64,000 nt of DNA from NCBI GenBank assembly GCA_013166775.1, contig JABLTJ010000013.1, forward strand, positions 1-64,000. Direction: 5' to 3'. The notes below the pieces were generated by a model. It made no database searches. It was not told the DNA's origin and saw only the letters and a list, made by a program, of their open reading frames with translations. Origin of the DNA: Promethearchaeati archaeon (lineage in GTDB: Archaea > Asgardarchaeota > Heimdallarchaeia > Heimdallarchaeales > Heimdallarchaeaceae). Within the stretch, counting starts at the first letter, position 1; every line of letters starts with the position of its first letter. A program made the translations under genes and the position numbers. This document shows, piece by piece, positions 51,221 through 62,120 of this stretch.

Positions 51221-53038
51221 TTACATTATCGGGACTTCAGTTGATTTTCTTTTTGATTTCTCTAATTCTAAAACTTTGTGCGGATCCTTAAAGAAAGGTA
51301 ATTGTTGCTCGATATAAAAAGGAACATTACTAACCTTTACTGGAAGAGGGATATTTTTGAGAGAGTTTGTTAGTATTGCTTCTCCTCGGCCCAGAACTTT
51401 GAATTCGTTTTCATATCCCATAATATTATTACTTGCATTAGTTATAGCTTGCCTGATTTCGATTTCATTACCAAGCATCATATTCAACTCAGTATTTGTA
51501 TTCGCTAAAATTATGGGTTCCATTGAAGAGATATTTTGAGTTATGAGTAACAAACCTATCCTAAATTTTCTTCCTTGGCGTGAAATGTCAATGAAAATAT
51601 TGCCTTCTTTGGACATTTGAGCTCCTAAAATACTTGGTGCTTCCTCAACAGTAACCATAACAATAGGTAGTTCCTTTATTGATTTCATCATGAAATCATC
51701 AGTACCAACTTTCTCGTTTGTATAGATATCTTGAATTGAGTATTTAGAATTGGGAGACTCACCTAAAAGTTCACTTGCTATTTCTTTTGGAAGTTTGTTT
51801 TTAACTTGTTCTTTGAATTGTTTCCACTTTGTAGATGACATTAGAGCTTGACGGAGTGAAAACAGTGTTCGAGCAACCATTGTTATGACAACAAACTGCT
51901 CTGTAGACGATAATAAAGCAGTACTAAAATTATAGAAATGACCTTGTTCTAAATTGTAGATTATTTCTGCTAAATCACTGTAATTATCCTTTGTGAAAAT
52001 TGTTGATCTAATAATGGGATATAATCGTCTCCTGACTGCACTAACTGTTCCTTTAGCAAAACCATAAGTTTCGTCTTCTGGAGCTGTTTCAATAGTGGTA
52101 ACCCAATCATCTTGTTTACCTCGAGTAACACTCATATATCCGAGCATTTGATCTGAAACAGACATAACAGAAGTGATATCACTTATGGCTAGATCTTGTC
52201 TTCTGAATCGTAGAGGTTTAGATATTTTTTGCATTTCTTTTGAAATAGCAGATAAATCCCTTGTAAGATAGAATTTATCCCCAAAAAGAGCATCAAAATG
52301 TTTTTGATCTCCTTTAAGTGTAGCATTAGCTATATCTAAAACACCTTTAGTTTTATTTTCGAAAGTTAAACCTTTCATATACTCATCATGTACATCCACC
52401 ATGAAGACTGAAAGTCTTTCATTTAAAGGAGCATTGCTCAATAATTTAGTAAGATTATTTCTCAGAGCTGATGTAATGAATGTCAGCATAAAGAATGATT
52501 TTCCAGCTCCAGTAGTTCCAGCTACTTGAAGATGCATTGGGAGTGATTCCAGATCAATTTTTATTGGTATATCCATTGTTGATGTACCAATCAGCAATTT
52601 TCCTATCTCAATATCAGTTCCTACCTCTTCTTGTAATAGACTGCTTAGAGCTCCTGGACTTTCTGCACCTCTATAAACCTCAGAGAAATGTGGGGGAAGT
52701 GTTCGTGGTTTCTTGAAAATCCATTTTCCTTTCTTCGCGTCAAATTCACTGTAACCCATGAGCAATCCATGAACTTTGACTAACTTTTCTGATTCAACTC
52801 TTGCAATGTAAGCTTCTCTGTTTCTTAGAAAATTCGCTGCAATTTCTCCCATATCTCGGATGTTTCTGAGAATGTTTTCATAATTCATAACACGAAACAG
52901 GAAGACTTGAGTTCCTTTAGGGGGTTTAATTACTAGTATTTCTCCAATTTGGAATCGAATATCTGTACATACAACTGTTAAAGTTGATATATCTCCTTCT
53001 GCTAGTATGCCAATTGGTTCTGCTAACTCTAATTTCAT
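51221..53038 (-). CDS. herA: HerA DNA translocase/helicase
   Basis: N-terminal HAS barrel, H...AGTTGAGKS, DVHDEY, VEEAP, RQGRKF, ITQ. Confidence 0.88.
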   Translation of the reverse strand: MKLELAEPIGILAEGDISTLTVVCTDIRFQIGEILVIKPPKGTQVFLFRVMNYENILRNIRDMGEIAANFLRNREAYIARVESEKLVKVHGLLMGYSEFDAKKGKWIFKKPRTLPPHFSEVYRGAESPGALSSLLQEEVGTDIEIGKLLIGTSTMDIPIKIDLESLPMHLQVAGTTGAGKSFFMLTFITSALRNNLTKLLSNAPLNERLSVFMVDVHDEYMKGLTFENKTKGVLDIANATLKGDQKHFDALFGDKFYLTRDLSAISKEMQKISKPLRFRRQDLAISDITSVMSVSDQMLGYMSVTRGKQDDWVTTIETAPEDETYGFAKGTVSAVRRRLYPIIRSTIFTKDNYSDLAEIIYNLEQGHFYNFSTALLSSTEQFVVITMVARTLFSLRQALMSSTKWKQFKEQVKNKLPKEIASELLGESPNSKYSIQDIYTNEKVGTDDFMMKSIKELPIVMVTVEEAPSILGAQMSKEGNIFIDISRQGRKFRIGLLLITQNISSMEPIILANTNTELNMMLGNEIEIRQAITNASNNIMGYENEFKVLGRGEAILTNSLKNIPLPVKVSNVPFYIEQQLPFFKDPHKVLELEKSKRKSTEVPIM

Positions 53039-53048
53039 TTTTTCACCT

Positions 53049-54392
53049 TTATAATAATCCTAATCTTTTTCTTGGATGAATAAACATCTTTGGATTTTCA
53101 CCTTGTTCTGCGAAATAGTCTATTAACTGGTCTGCTACCACATCTCTTTCAGAGAATTTAACTAATGTGGTATGATGGGCAAAAGCTAAATCGAAGAAAT
53201 AGCCATAATACCTAACATCTCTTGCTAACCAATCAATTTCTTGAAACATTTTCAATTCATTTTCTCTTTCTTTCTTTTTATCAGATGATCTAATCTTCTC
53301 CTTCCACCACTTTTCATCAATATCAATTCTCAATATAGGAACCTCAGATGAGAAATGAAAAAGGTACGTAACACCATAAGCTGGAGGGATATGCGGTCGA
53401 TCTTTGAGTATGTTAAGAGTTTTACTTTCACGTGGAGGTGTTGGAACTCTTACAAACCATTTTTTCTCTGAACCTAAGCTCTTTTCTAAATCTTGAGCTA
53501 TTCTGTAAATAAAAGGAAAGGTTGTAGTTTTGCTTACTGCAACAACACAAGTTTCTTTTTCAATTGCTTTTAAACATAAATCCCTTAATAAGTAGTTAGA
53601 AGCTAATCTTGGTTGCTTTTGTTTAGGGGACAGGAGCATATTCATTGAGCCATCTAAGAAGAGATATTTGAGCTTCAAATCAGATTTTAATAGAGCATTG
53701 GCTAATGAATATTCGAGAATTTCACGAAATTGGTCATACCATCCTCTAGGAGCATTAGATCCAGGAGAAACCATCCATGAAGAAAAATCCTCAATATCAT
53801 CTCTGTATAACCTCAGATTTAGCTGCTTAGCTGTCATAACAATCTTCGTTTTAGTATCTAATTTTGGAACAGGATCATTCGGACGTTTCAGTTTGAATGC
53901 CTCTGCAACAATATTTCCTAAAACTCGAATAACAACATCCAGTAGTTTTTCCCCATAATTGTAATTTATGTAAGTTAGAAAATCATCCCAAACTTCATCT
54001 GAATTATCTTCTCGTAACAATACCAATCTTAGAATTCCTTCAGGGGATGTACAAATGGGGGGAAGTATATCAAGCTGTTTTGTTGTTCCTTTATTAAAAA
54101 CAGTTTGATCAGCAGCAAATGCAGCAGTCATGAGATGAATGGATATATCGTTTAGGGACACTAGACTGTCAGCACCAGAACCATCAATCGCTGCAATATT
54201 GAAATTTTCATTCTCAAAAATTGATGGATATGGTTCAAATATTTGCAGTTTTGATGTGAGATATTTGAGATCTTCTTGATACGCTTCATCAGATTTTTGT
54301 TCTATCAACTTGAATTTTGAATATACTTTCGCGAACTCTTTCTCTAGGGATTTATCGAAAAAAACTTGCATTGAAGAGACTCCTCCTATCAA
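53049..54392 (-). CDS. nurA: NurA nuclease
   Basis: AAIDGS, E, LFLDGS, AVSK, R.D, GY...L..AH; start probably MQVFF. Confidence 0.82.
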   Translation of the reverse strand: MIGGVSSMQVFFDKSLEKEFAKVYSKFKLIEQKSDEAYQEDLKYLTSKLQIFEPYPSIFENENFNIAAIDGSGADSLVSLNDISIHLMTAAFAADQTVFNKGTTKQLDILPPICTSPEGILRLVLLREDNSDEVWDDFLTYINYNYGEKLLDVVIRVLGNIVAEAFKLKRPNDPVPKLDTKTKIVMTAKQLNLRLYRDDIEDFSSWMVSPGSNAPRGWYDQFREILEYSLANALLKSDLKLKYLFLDGSMNMLLSPKQKQPRLASNYLLRDLCLKAIEKETCVVAVSKTTTFPFIYRIAQDLEKSLGSEKKWFVRVPTPPRESKTLNILKDRPHIPPAYGVTYLFHFSSEVPILRIDIDEKWWKEKIRSSDKKKERENELKMFQEIDWLARDVRYYGYFFDLAFAHHTTLVKFSERDVVADQLIDYFAEQGENPKMFIHPRKRLGLL

Positions 54393-54529
54393 TTGTGATT
54401 TTGTATTATTAAAATATTTTTGGGGAGTACACTAAAAGTGTTATAAGTATGAAACTGAAAATTATGCTTCAAAAGCATTTTTTTTCTCCATTTCGAGAAC
54501 ATATTTATAAATAGACGATGTTGTAAATA

Positions 54530-55150
54530 TTGATAGGGAAAAATAAATTGAAAAGTCTTAAGGAGATTAGACGATACCTGAATATGGTTGAGGGAGAAAA
54601 TATTCTACGTAGATATTTTGTTATGAATGGTTTTGATGGAGCCTTAACTGCTTTTGGAATAATACTAGGTACATGGATAGCACAAAATTATAGTGATCCT
54701 AAAACCTTAATCTTTGCTGGAATAGGTGCAAGTTTTGCAATGGGAGTTTCAGGATTTACAATTGCCTACCTTACTGAAAAAGCTGAAAGAGTAAGAGAAA
54801 TTAAAGAATTAGAAGAACAGATGGTTGCTGATTTAAATGACACTGCAATAACTAAAGCTAGTTTCTGGACTTCATTAGTTGTATCATTTGTTGATGGTCT
54901 TTCACCCTTTCTATTCTCACTTGCTGCAATGATACCTTTCTTCTTTGTCTATATAGGTCTGCCAATGCTCACAGCGTACATTATCTCAACAGTAATAGTA
55001 ACCGTTGAGGTGATAGTTCTTGGACTATTCTTAGGAGCAGTTTCCAAAGAAAACAAAATTATGTATGCCTTAAAGATTCTCCCAGCTGCTCTGCTAGTAG
55101 CAGGTTTGACTTATCTTCTTGAACTCATCTCCAGGATAGGTGGGGGATAG
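54530..55150 (+). CDS. VIT1/CCC1-family transporter
   Basis: RRYFVMNGFDG.L...GII.G, AMG.S...YL.E.AE. Confidence 0.82.
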   Translation: MIGKNKLKSLKEIRRYLNMVEGENILRRYFVMNGFDGALTAFGIILGTWIAQNYSDPKTLIFAGIGASFAMGVSGFTIAYLTEKAERVREIKELEEQMVADLNDTAITKASFWTSLVVSFVDGLSPFLFSLAAMIPFFFVYIGLPMLTAYIISTVIVTVEVIVLGLFLGAVSKENKIMYALKILPAALLVAGLTYLLELISRIGGG

Positions 55151-55210
55151 AATTCAATCCTTCCTCTTTTTAGGGTAAAACTAAATAATGGATAATTTTA
55201 CAGTAGGTTA

Positions 55211-56569
55211 ATGTCTAAGAAGAAACCTAAGCCTAAACCTAATGATGTCATTATAGTTGGTGCAGGAATAGCAGGATGTGTGCTTGCTTTCCATTTAGCT
55301 ACAGCAGATAGGAAAGTAATTGTTTTTGAGAAAAAGACTAGAGAAGAAATGGGTCCAGATTGGTGCGATTCAGTAGAGAAAGAAGCTTTTTCATTCTCAG
55401 GCATACCTCCTCCTAAAGGTAAAGAAAAGAAAGCAGAGAGAGATCATGCAGCTATATTATCACCTGATTTTAGTAAAATAATTCATTTGGATTCCTATAA
55501 TCAATGGATTGTCGATAGAAAGTTACTTCATGAAAGATTAGTTGGAATGGCAGAAAAAGCTGGTGCGGAATTCGTATTTGAAACTGAAATTGTTGAACCT
55601 ATGGGAAAAGGTCAATGGGTTGTTGGAGTTAAGAAGAAAGATGGAAAAGTAGAAAATGCTCGTTTAATCGTAGACTGTTCAGGTGAAGAGAGAATTTTAG
55701 GTAAGAATATCGAAATATTGGATCTGAATCTTAAGCTCCCTGAAACAGATATTGTTGATGCTTACAGAGAACTCCATAAGGTTGACTCAAAAGATATTGA
55801 ATGGGGAGGACACAAAATAGAGCAGAATGTTCTATATTATCGATATGGGTATGAAAAAGGATATAGCTGGCTAAACTTTGAGGATTTAGAACACTTAGAT
55901 ATTGGTGCAGGCGTTGGAAAGGGTTTCTCCAATAGATCTGCAAAGGCAATAGTAAATGATTATATCAATTCAAACAAAGAAATTCAGAAAGAAAAATTAA
56001 GAGGAGGAGGAGGGAAGATTGTGGTTAGAAGACCATTAACATTAGTATGGTATGGTTTTATGATGGTTGGAGAAGCTGCTGCTCAAGTTTTGCCATCTAT
56101 GGGATTCGGAACAGGTTCATCTATGAAAGCAGCTAAAATTGCAGCTGAAGTTGCACTAAAAGCTCTTCAGAGAAAAGAACTTTCAATTGATGGATTGTGG
56201 GAATACCAAGTAAGATATATAAAAGAGAGAGGAAGAGATGTTGCTGCTCTGGACATGATGAGAAATGGTTTACAACAATTTTCAGAAGAAGAAGCGTCTT
56301 TTCTTATCAACAAAGGTATTTTTTCGAAAAATGACTTTGAGAAACTAATTAATGCAAAATATCCTAAAGTAAATATTTTCAAGCAAATAGATTCAATGTT
56401 AAAAGGAATTTCAAGACCAAAGTTGATGTGGAAGATGAGAAAAGTAGCTCAGAGATCAAACAAAATCTTTAGTCATTATAGAAAAATGCCCAAAGAATAT
56501 GATTCCAAGAAATACCTTGCATGGATGCTAGGACACATGCATTTGTTTGAAGAAATAAGAAAAGAATAG
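55211..56569 (+). CDS. Geranylgeranyl reductase-family FAD oxidoreductase
   Basis: GAGIAG, V.EK, DR, IVDCSG, GYSW, GAG, VGEAA..V.P..G.G. Confidence 0.8.
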   Translation: MSKKKPKPKPNDVIIVGAGIAGCVLAFHLATADRKVIVFEKKTREEMGPDWCDSVEKEAFSFSGIPPPKGKEKKAERDHAAILSPDFSKIIHLDSYNQWIVDRKLLHERLVGMAEKAGAEFVFETEIVEPMGKGQWVVGVKKKDGKVENARLIVDCSGEERILGKNIEILDLNLKLPETDIVDAYRELHKVDSKDIEWGGHKIEQNVLYYRYGYEKGYSWLNFEDLEHLDIGAGVGKGFSNRSAKAIVNDYINSNKEIQKEKLRGGGGKIVVRRPLTLVWYGFMMVGEAAAQVLPSMGFGTGSSMKAAKIAAEVALKALQRKELSIDGLWEYQVRYIKERGRDVAALDMMRNGLQQFSEEEASFLINKGIFSKNDFEKLINAKYPKVNIFKQIDSMLKGISRPKLMWKMRKVAQRSNKIFSHYRKMPKEYDSKKYLAWMLGHMHLFEEIRKE

Positions 56570-56594
56570 TACTTTTTGCCTATATATTTAAAAA

Positions 56595-57479
56595 ATGAAA
56601 AGTTTCTTTTATGTTATGGATGAATCCGAAAACGATTTTCGGTTCATATTGGAGAATGTACTTTGTATAGAGGATAGTAGTCAAATTACAGTTCAGCTTA
56701 TTAATATTATTGAGGGAGTCAAGTGGGATATATCTTGTATTAATGATGAGGTTAGATTTCTTTCTAAAAACTTCAAATCAGAGGGAGTTGAGATAACATC
56801 ACCCAATTTCAGGAAAATATATAGCGGAGCACATAGAAGAAAACTTCCAATTCTGCATCTCTATGATACTGAAAAAGAAATCTCTGGTGCTTTTCCATTA
56901 AAATTGATATCCAGAATCTGGAAATTATCAATAAGAGAGAAATTGGGAAGCATAAAAATGGTTCCATTTGAAGATGATCCATCTAGAGCGAAATATCTAG
57001 AAATAGAATTTCAGAGCGGTTTATTTAGAGTTAGGGGAGTCCATCAACTTTTCCCAACAGAAGACTATTTTCAGACTAATGTGGAATATTCAAAAAAATA
57101 CGCTTTGGCTTATGAAAAATTCAAGGAAATAACACCGTTTACAGTAGACAGAATAATTGATCTTCTTTCAACAGATAAAATAGCAGCGTCTTTTGAAGCG
57201 TGGGAGAACGATCCAGTTCAATATGACATTCCAGGTGTAGATACTGCAAACATTTACTTAGCTAGGAAACTTGCAGATGAATTAAATGCAGAAGAATTAG
57301 ATATTCTAGTTAAACAAATAAGAGAGATTATGACTGAAACTGATTGGGAAGATTTTACAGATAAACAAACAATCGAGCGATATTCTCATTTTCTTAAATA
57401 TGTGAAGAAGATAAGGACAATAAAGAAGAAAGAACCACCTGAAGATTATACTCCTTTTACAGATTACTTTGATATTTAG
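56595..57479 (+). CDS. Hypothetical protein
   Basis: 294-aa soluble ORF, codirectional, no motif recognised. Confidence 0.55.
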   Translation: MKSFFYVMDESENDFRFILENVLCIEDSSQITVQLINIIEGVKWDISCINDEVRFLSKNFKSEGVEITSPNFRKIYSGAHRRKLPILHLYDTEKEISGAFPLKLISRIWKLSIREKLGSIKMVPFEDDPSRAKYLEIEFQSGLFRVRGVHQLFPTEDYFQTNVEYSKKYALAYEKFKEITPFTVDRIIDLLSTDKIAASFEAWENDPVQYDIPGVDTANIYLARKLADELNAEELDILVKQIREIMTETDWEDFTDKQTIERYSHFLKYVKKIRTIKKKEPPEDYTPFTDYFDI

Positions 57480-57494
57480 AAAGAAAAAGAGAGA

Positions 57495-59003
57495 TTAGTT
57501 TTTCTTCCTTCTTCTAAATATTAAAATGAAGTTACTCGCAACCAACAATGTTGTAGTAATAGTAATAATTGTAATTCGAGTTTCTGTTGCAGAATTCTGG
57601 TGTCCAGATTCAATTGAGAAATCAAGTTCACTTACTGGACTTGCCATCCACAATCTAGGTCCTGCTGTAATGCCTACACGGATTTTACTAGTTACTACAT
57701 AGACTTTTTCTATATTCTCTCCATTGCAATACAGACGTGTTTTATTGCCATTACTTGTAAGTATTGATTGAGTAACATTCCACCCATTATCATCCTCAAT
57801 GATTGTAACAACACCTAAGGAGCCAGGATAATCTGGTGTTTCTAATTCCAATGTAAATTCATCTGGTGTCTCATCTAATTCCAGAATTTCAATTCCATAA
57901 TATCTATGTTCAATATTAGTAAAAGTTCTCGGTAAATTAGAAACAGGTCTTCTAGTTAATATATGATAATCTGCATTGATAAAACCATATAAGTCCTCAT
58001 AGATCCCAAGTTCATCAATTGTGCAAGCTGTAATAAAATTGAGAAAAATCTCATTGAATGTAATTTCTAATCCGTGGTTTGAAAGTACATACTCTATTCC
58101 TTCTGGACCATCCAAATCATCAATTCCTATTAAATCCTTGATAATCTGGATTCCATACTTCTCTGCTATATAGAACAGAAACATATAACCTGCACCATAA
58201 CTTGCATAGGAATGATATCCTTCGTCAAAATAGAGTAAAGATACTGAAGGATTTTCCGAATAATAGTACGCTGAATAAGTTATGTTTAAACTCATTCCAC
58301 CTTGCATAAAGGATGAGTTCGACATATAACCTGCATTATACATAGAAAATTCAGCTAATCCTTCAATAAGAAAAACAGCTTCATCTAAATCGTAATTAAA
58401 CAAAAACAAATGGTTTGTTTCGTGACATATAACGCCAATTGTGTTTATAAGAGGCATCTCTGAGTTTACAAAAACCATTTCTCGGTTATTTGAATAAGGA
58501 TATCCAACCAGTTCATTATGTTGTAGATAATAACTCCCTACTCCTTCAACAAGAAATACAGTTATTCTAGGATCGCTATCTATATCCCCCAATGTTCCAG
58601 CTGGATCTCCCATCAGTTCATAGTTTTTCGGATAAATGGTTTCATCAAACTCAAAACTATAAATCTCACTTCTTCTTATTGCTTCATTCTGCCCTAAGGA
58701 ATTTATTGTTCTATTATCCATGTAAATATAACACTGATCTCCAACAGCTAATAGAGTGGCTCTAACCTCAAACCAGTCATTAGTTTGAAGATTAGCTGTC
58801 CAGAAATCTTCTTGATCACCAAAATTATGTATTGATAGTACCTTAGGATTGCTATCAGCAATTTTTTGTTCAATTTTATAGATAGGGTTTTCTTCTAACT
58901 CTAGATTATTTGTTTCAGTAGATAATACATCAACTGTGTTAGTAGAAAAGAGAGGAAAAAGTAGAAGTGAAATTAATAATAAGAAATTTCTAAATTTAAC
59001 CAT
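57495..59003 (-). CDS. Secreted, membrane-anchored zinc metallopeptidase (gluzincin-like)
   Basis: Signal peptide, DID.D, HETNH (HExxH) plus EGLAE, C-terminal TM plus RRRKK. Confidence 0.78.
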   Translation of the reverse strand: MVKFRNFLLLISLLLFPLFSTNTVDVLSTETNNLELEENPIYKIEQKIADSNPKVLSIHNFGDQEDFWTANLQTNDWFEVRATLLAVGDQCYIYMDNRTINSLGQNEAIRRSEIYSFEFDETIYPKNYELMGDPAGTLGDIDSDPRITVFLVEGVGSYYLQHNELVGYPYSNNREMVFVNSEMPLINTIGVICHETNHLFLFNYDLDEAVFLIEGLAEFSMYNAGYMSNSSFMQGGMSLNITYSAYYYSENPSVSLLYFDEGYHSYASYGAGYMFLFYIAEKYGIQIIKDLIGIDDLDGPEGIEYVLSNHGLEITFNEIFLNFITACTIDELGIYEDLYGFINADYHILTRRPVSNLPRTFTNIEHRYYGIEILELDETPDEFTLELETPDYPGSLGVVTIIEDDNGWNVTQSILTSNGNKTRLYCNGENIEKVYVVTSKIRVGITAGPRLWMASPVSELDFSIESGHQNSATETRITIITITTTLLVASNFILIFRRRKKN

Positions 59004-59105
59004 TCTGACCAGTATTAAGGTGTAAAAAGCACTAATAAAGATATGTAAAAAAAGATAAGAGAACGTTCATTAATTTACTAATATCTGCATTCATTATATT
59101 AATTA

Positions 59106-59669
59106 TTAAGTCTTTATCTTTTCTGCTAATTCTCTAACATCTGCAAGTAATTGTACATTCTTAGCTGCATCCCCAATATTCTCTGCAGTTCCATGAACTA
59201 TTCCTAGATTTTCTCCTTTGAAATAATGAATTAAATATTTTATTGAATTAATAGCATTTTGCACTCCTGATCCTTCGACACTACTATTTCCATAAACAAA
59301 CATTGAAGCAAATTTCTTTCCATCTAAAGCATGCCCACCTTTTACATGTAGAGCAACTAAACGATCAATAAACAGCTTCAATTGACCAGAGTAATTATAC
59401 CAATAAACAGGGGAAGCGAAGACAAAGATATCAGTTTCTAGAATTGTTGGATAGAGAGTGTTCATAACATCATCTTGAACACATTTTAAAGGAAAATCTT
59501 TGTAGCACCAGAAACAACCTTGACAAGGCTTTATATTCAGATCATTAAGTTTGAAAATTTCCACATCGTTATTGCTCTCTTCTAAAATTTTCGATAGTTT
59601 CTCAACTAAAACAGCTGTATTGCCTTTTTTTCGAGGACTACCATTAAGAATCAATACTTTTTTCATCAA
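59106..59669 (-). CDS. Flavodoxin-like iron-sulfur flavoprotein / NADPH-dependent FMN reductase
   Basis: GSPRKKGNT, CQGCFWC-x6-C, SPVYW, K.FIDR. Confidence 0.88.
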   Translation of the reverse strand: MMKKVLILNGSPRKKGNTAVLVEKLSKILEESNNDVEIFKLNDLNIKPCQGCFWCYKDFPLKCVQDDVMNTLYPTILETDIFVFASPVYWYNYSGQLKLFIDRLVALHVKGGHALDGKKFASMFVYGNSSVEGSGVQNAINSIKYLIHYFKGENLGIVHGTAENIGDAAKNVQLLADVRELAEKIKT

Positions 59670-59753
59670 AGGAACAAACTTTTAGATAATTATAAGAATT
59701 TTCCAAGATAACAAGAAAAAACTGAAATAATCATGTGAAGGAGATTATCATAG

Positions 59754-60587
59754 ATGATATATGAAATCGAAAGAAAAGACTATCCAAAAGTATTGAAACT
59801 TTTTAGTCAATTATCAGATGATCATATGTCAGTAGTTGTAGCTTTAGAGCATAATTATCCAAGTAGAATTTTTGTAGATAATCTAGATTCACCAAAGAGT
59901 GGTTTAATTTATCTTGGTAAAAGAACATTAGGTTTCTCAGGTAGAAGTGATAACAAGCAATTTAATGATGAACTTAAGGAATTATTGAACAAAGAAATTC
60001 TTCCTCTCTTAAAAAACGAATTAAAAGTTAGAGAAGTAATCATCAGGTATGATGATAGCTGGGAAGATGAATTGAAGTCTTTTTTGAACGATTTAGTAGA
60101 ACATCAACTTGGTAATTATATTTTCAGTGACTTGAAATACGATTATAACAAAAATAAACTCCCAGATGGTTATGAGTATGTTGCTATCGATTCAGATTTG
60201 TTGAAACGAGAGGATCTAAAGAATTTCTACATTGTCGAAAGGTGGGTGAGAGGTTGTTACTTAGGTACAGAAGATTATTTATCCCGAGGTTTTGGTTTCT
60301 GTATAATCCATGAAAAGAAAGAAATCGCTAGCGTCTGTTTTTGTAATTACATATCCAAAGATAGGAAAAGATGTGAGATAGGTATAATCACCTCTGAAGA
60401 ACATAGAAAAAAAGGTTTAGCAAAAAATCTTGTCTCTTATACCGTTTCTCATGGTTTGAAACTCAATATTCAGAGAATAGACTGGCAATCACGATTAAGT
60501 AATATAGGCAGTATAAAAACTGCTGAAGCAGTTGGTTTTCAACTTGAAAAAACCTACATAGGATATGTCTTGGAATATACTCAATGA
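59754..60587 (+). CDS. GNAT family N-acetyltransferase
   Basis: G.I.VD...P N-terminal domain; EIGI.T.EEHRKKGLA, N.GS...A..VGF. Confidence 0.85.
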   Translation: MIYEIERKDYPKVLKLFSQLSDDHMSVVVALEHNYPSRIFVDNLDSPKSGLIYLGKRTLGFSGRSDNKQFNDELKELLNKEILPLLKNELKVREVIIRYDDSWEDELKSFLNDLVEHQLGNYIFSDLKYDYNKNKLPDGYEYVAIDSDLLKREDLKNFYIVERWVRGCYLGTEDYLSRGFGFCIIHEKKEIASVCFCNYISKDRKRCEIGIITSEEHRKKGLAKNLVSYTVSHGLKLNIQRIDWQSRLSNIGSIKTAEAVGFQLEKTYIGYVLEYTQ

Positions 60588-60623
60588 TATATAAGATTGT
60601 CAATGTAACATATTAGTTGTTTT

Positions 60624-62052
60624 CTAAATACTAGGTGTTCCCATTTCTTTATGTAAGTGTTTTTGATCTGTAATTGTTATAGGCTCTACCCAGTGAACTG
60701 GAGTTACTTCAATTAATCTTCCTTTCACATTCAAGAAATCTCCTAAGATTTTAGGTTTATCCTTTTGCTTTCTCTGATAAGGTCTTTTCAAAATCAGAGC
60801 GAATAGCCATTCAGCTGAAAAGAGATATCTTCCTTTTTCCCAAATCCAAAGAATGAAAAACCATAATCCCATCTCGAGAGCAATTAAAAAGAATGTCCAA
60901 CCAATGTTCAATCCTCCTGTAGTCCTAAATCCTGGATCAGTCCATCCGAAAAGTTGTGTTATACCCCAAAGAGCAACTCTAAGAACTGCTTGAATTGATG
61001 CAAATGAATAAACTGATAAACAGAGAAAACCTGCTCTTCGACTAAATCTGGATATTCTTAATCTTCGTTCCCAATTTACTTTTCTGCTAAACTCCATACT
61101 GGCCATCAAACTTAGAACAACAATTAACAGCATTCCAATTGTTACAAATACAAACCATGTTGGATGAACATGAAAATCTACTAACATGAATGGATCTTCG
61201 GGAATCTTTTCCACAACAAATAACCAGAAAGCGCCAAAAGCCATTGTGAACCCTGCAATTCCATATCCCCATGATAAGAATTTTTTCTTATTCGGAGGTT
61301 TTTCTTGAGCAATAAAGATTCCTAGTATCGATCCTACCGCACTATATGCAAAATGAGGTAACAAAGGTGATTCCCGAGCATTGAACTGATTTCCAATCAT
61401 CCGCAGAATGTAATCCCACCATCCTTTATCTCCAATTTTATCTAGATGTTCTTCTGTATGCAAATTTACTCCCCAGAAAGTCATTGAAGCTTCATGAATA
61501 GCTGGAGCTGGGAAGATGAACAAGCAACCAACGACAGCGAACACTATTGCCATAACTATAGGTTTCTTTGTTTTCTCATTAGAAGTTAAGAAGAAGAACA
61601 ATACTGAAGAAATCATAATAGCCCAAGCAATATTAGCAAACTGATCTGCATGGTAAATGTTTTGCCATTCTAGACTTGCAGTTCCTGTTGTTACCCACTC
61701 TAATGATGGACCCCATTGAGCAAGGAATACGTAAAAGAACATTGCCCACATCCATAGGAAAAGCCCTTTTGTAAACTCTTGAGCAAGAATAACTCTCCTT
61801 GGAACACCTCTTCTCAGCTTAGCAAACATGATAAACATGTGAATTGCTGCACTCATAAGAAGGAATAATCCTCTCCAATGACCAAAAACAACTATCAATC
61901 CCATGAGAATATAACCTGCTAAAGTTAATTCACCAGGATTTGTTTCAGCTACTCGTTGAACTTGACTAACAAGCATAAATGTGTGAACCACCAAATTGCC
62001 TAGTATAGCCCACCCTCGTAGAATATCAAAGGAGATAATTCGTTCAGCCATG
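60624..62052 (-). CDS. Polytopic membrane protein, HGSNAT/DUF1624-like acyltransferase family
   Basis: RI.SFDILRG.A.....VH, F....A, P..P...Y..G, SL.VY; start MAER (ORF track starts at 62108). Confidence 0.65.
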
Positions 62053-62120
62053 ATATTTTGTTCTGTCCTTAGGGTTATAAAAACATTATCCGAAGAAGAA
62101 AGAGACAAATGATGAAGAGA

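Noticed and set aside
51221-54392. HerA/NurA as a stand-alone anti-phage system
   Set aside because: Tight linkage to mre11-rad50 fits the known archaeal DNA end-resection module, and no Sir2 or other defence effector is adjacent.
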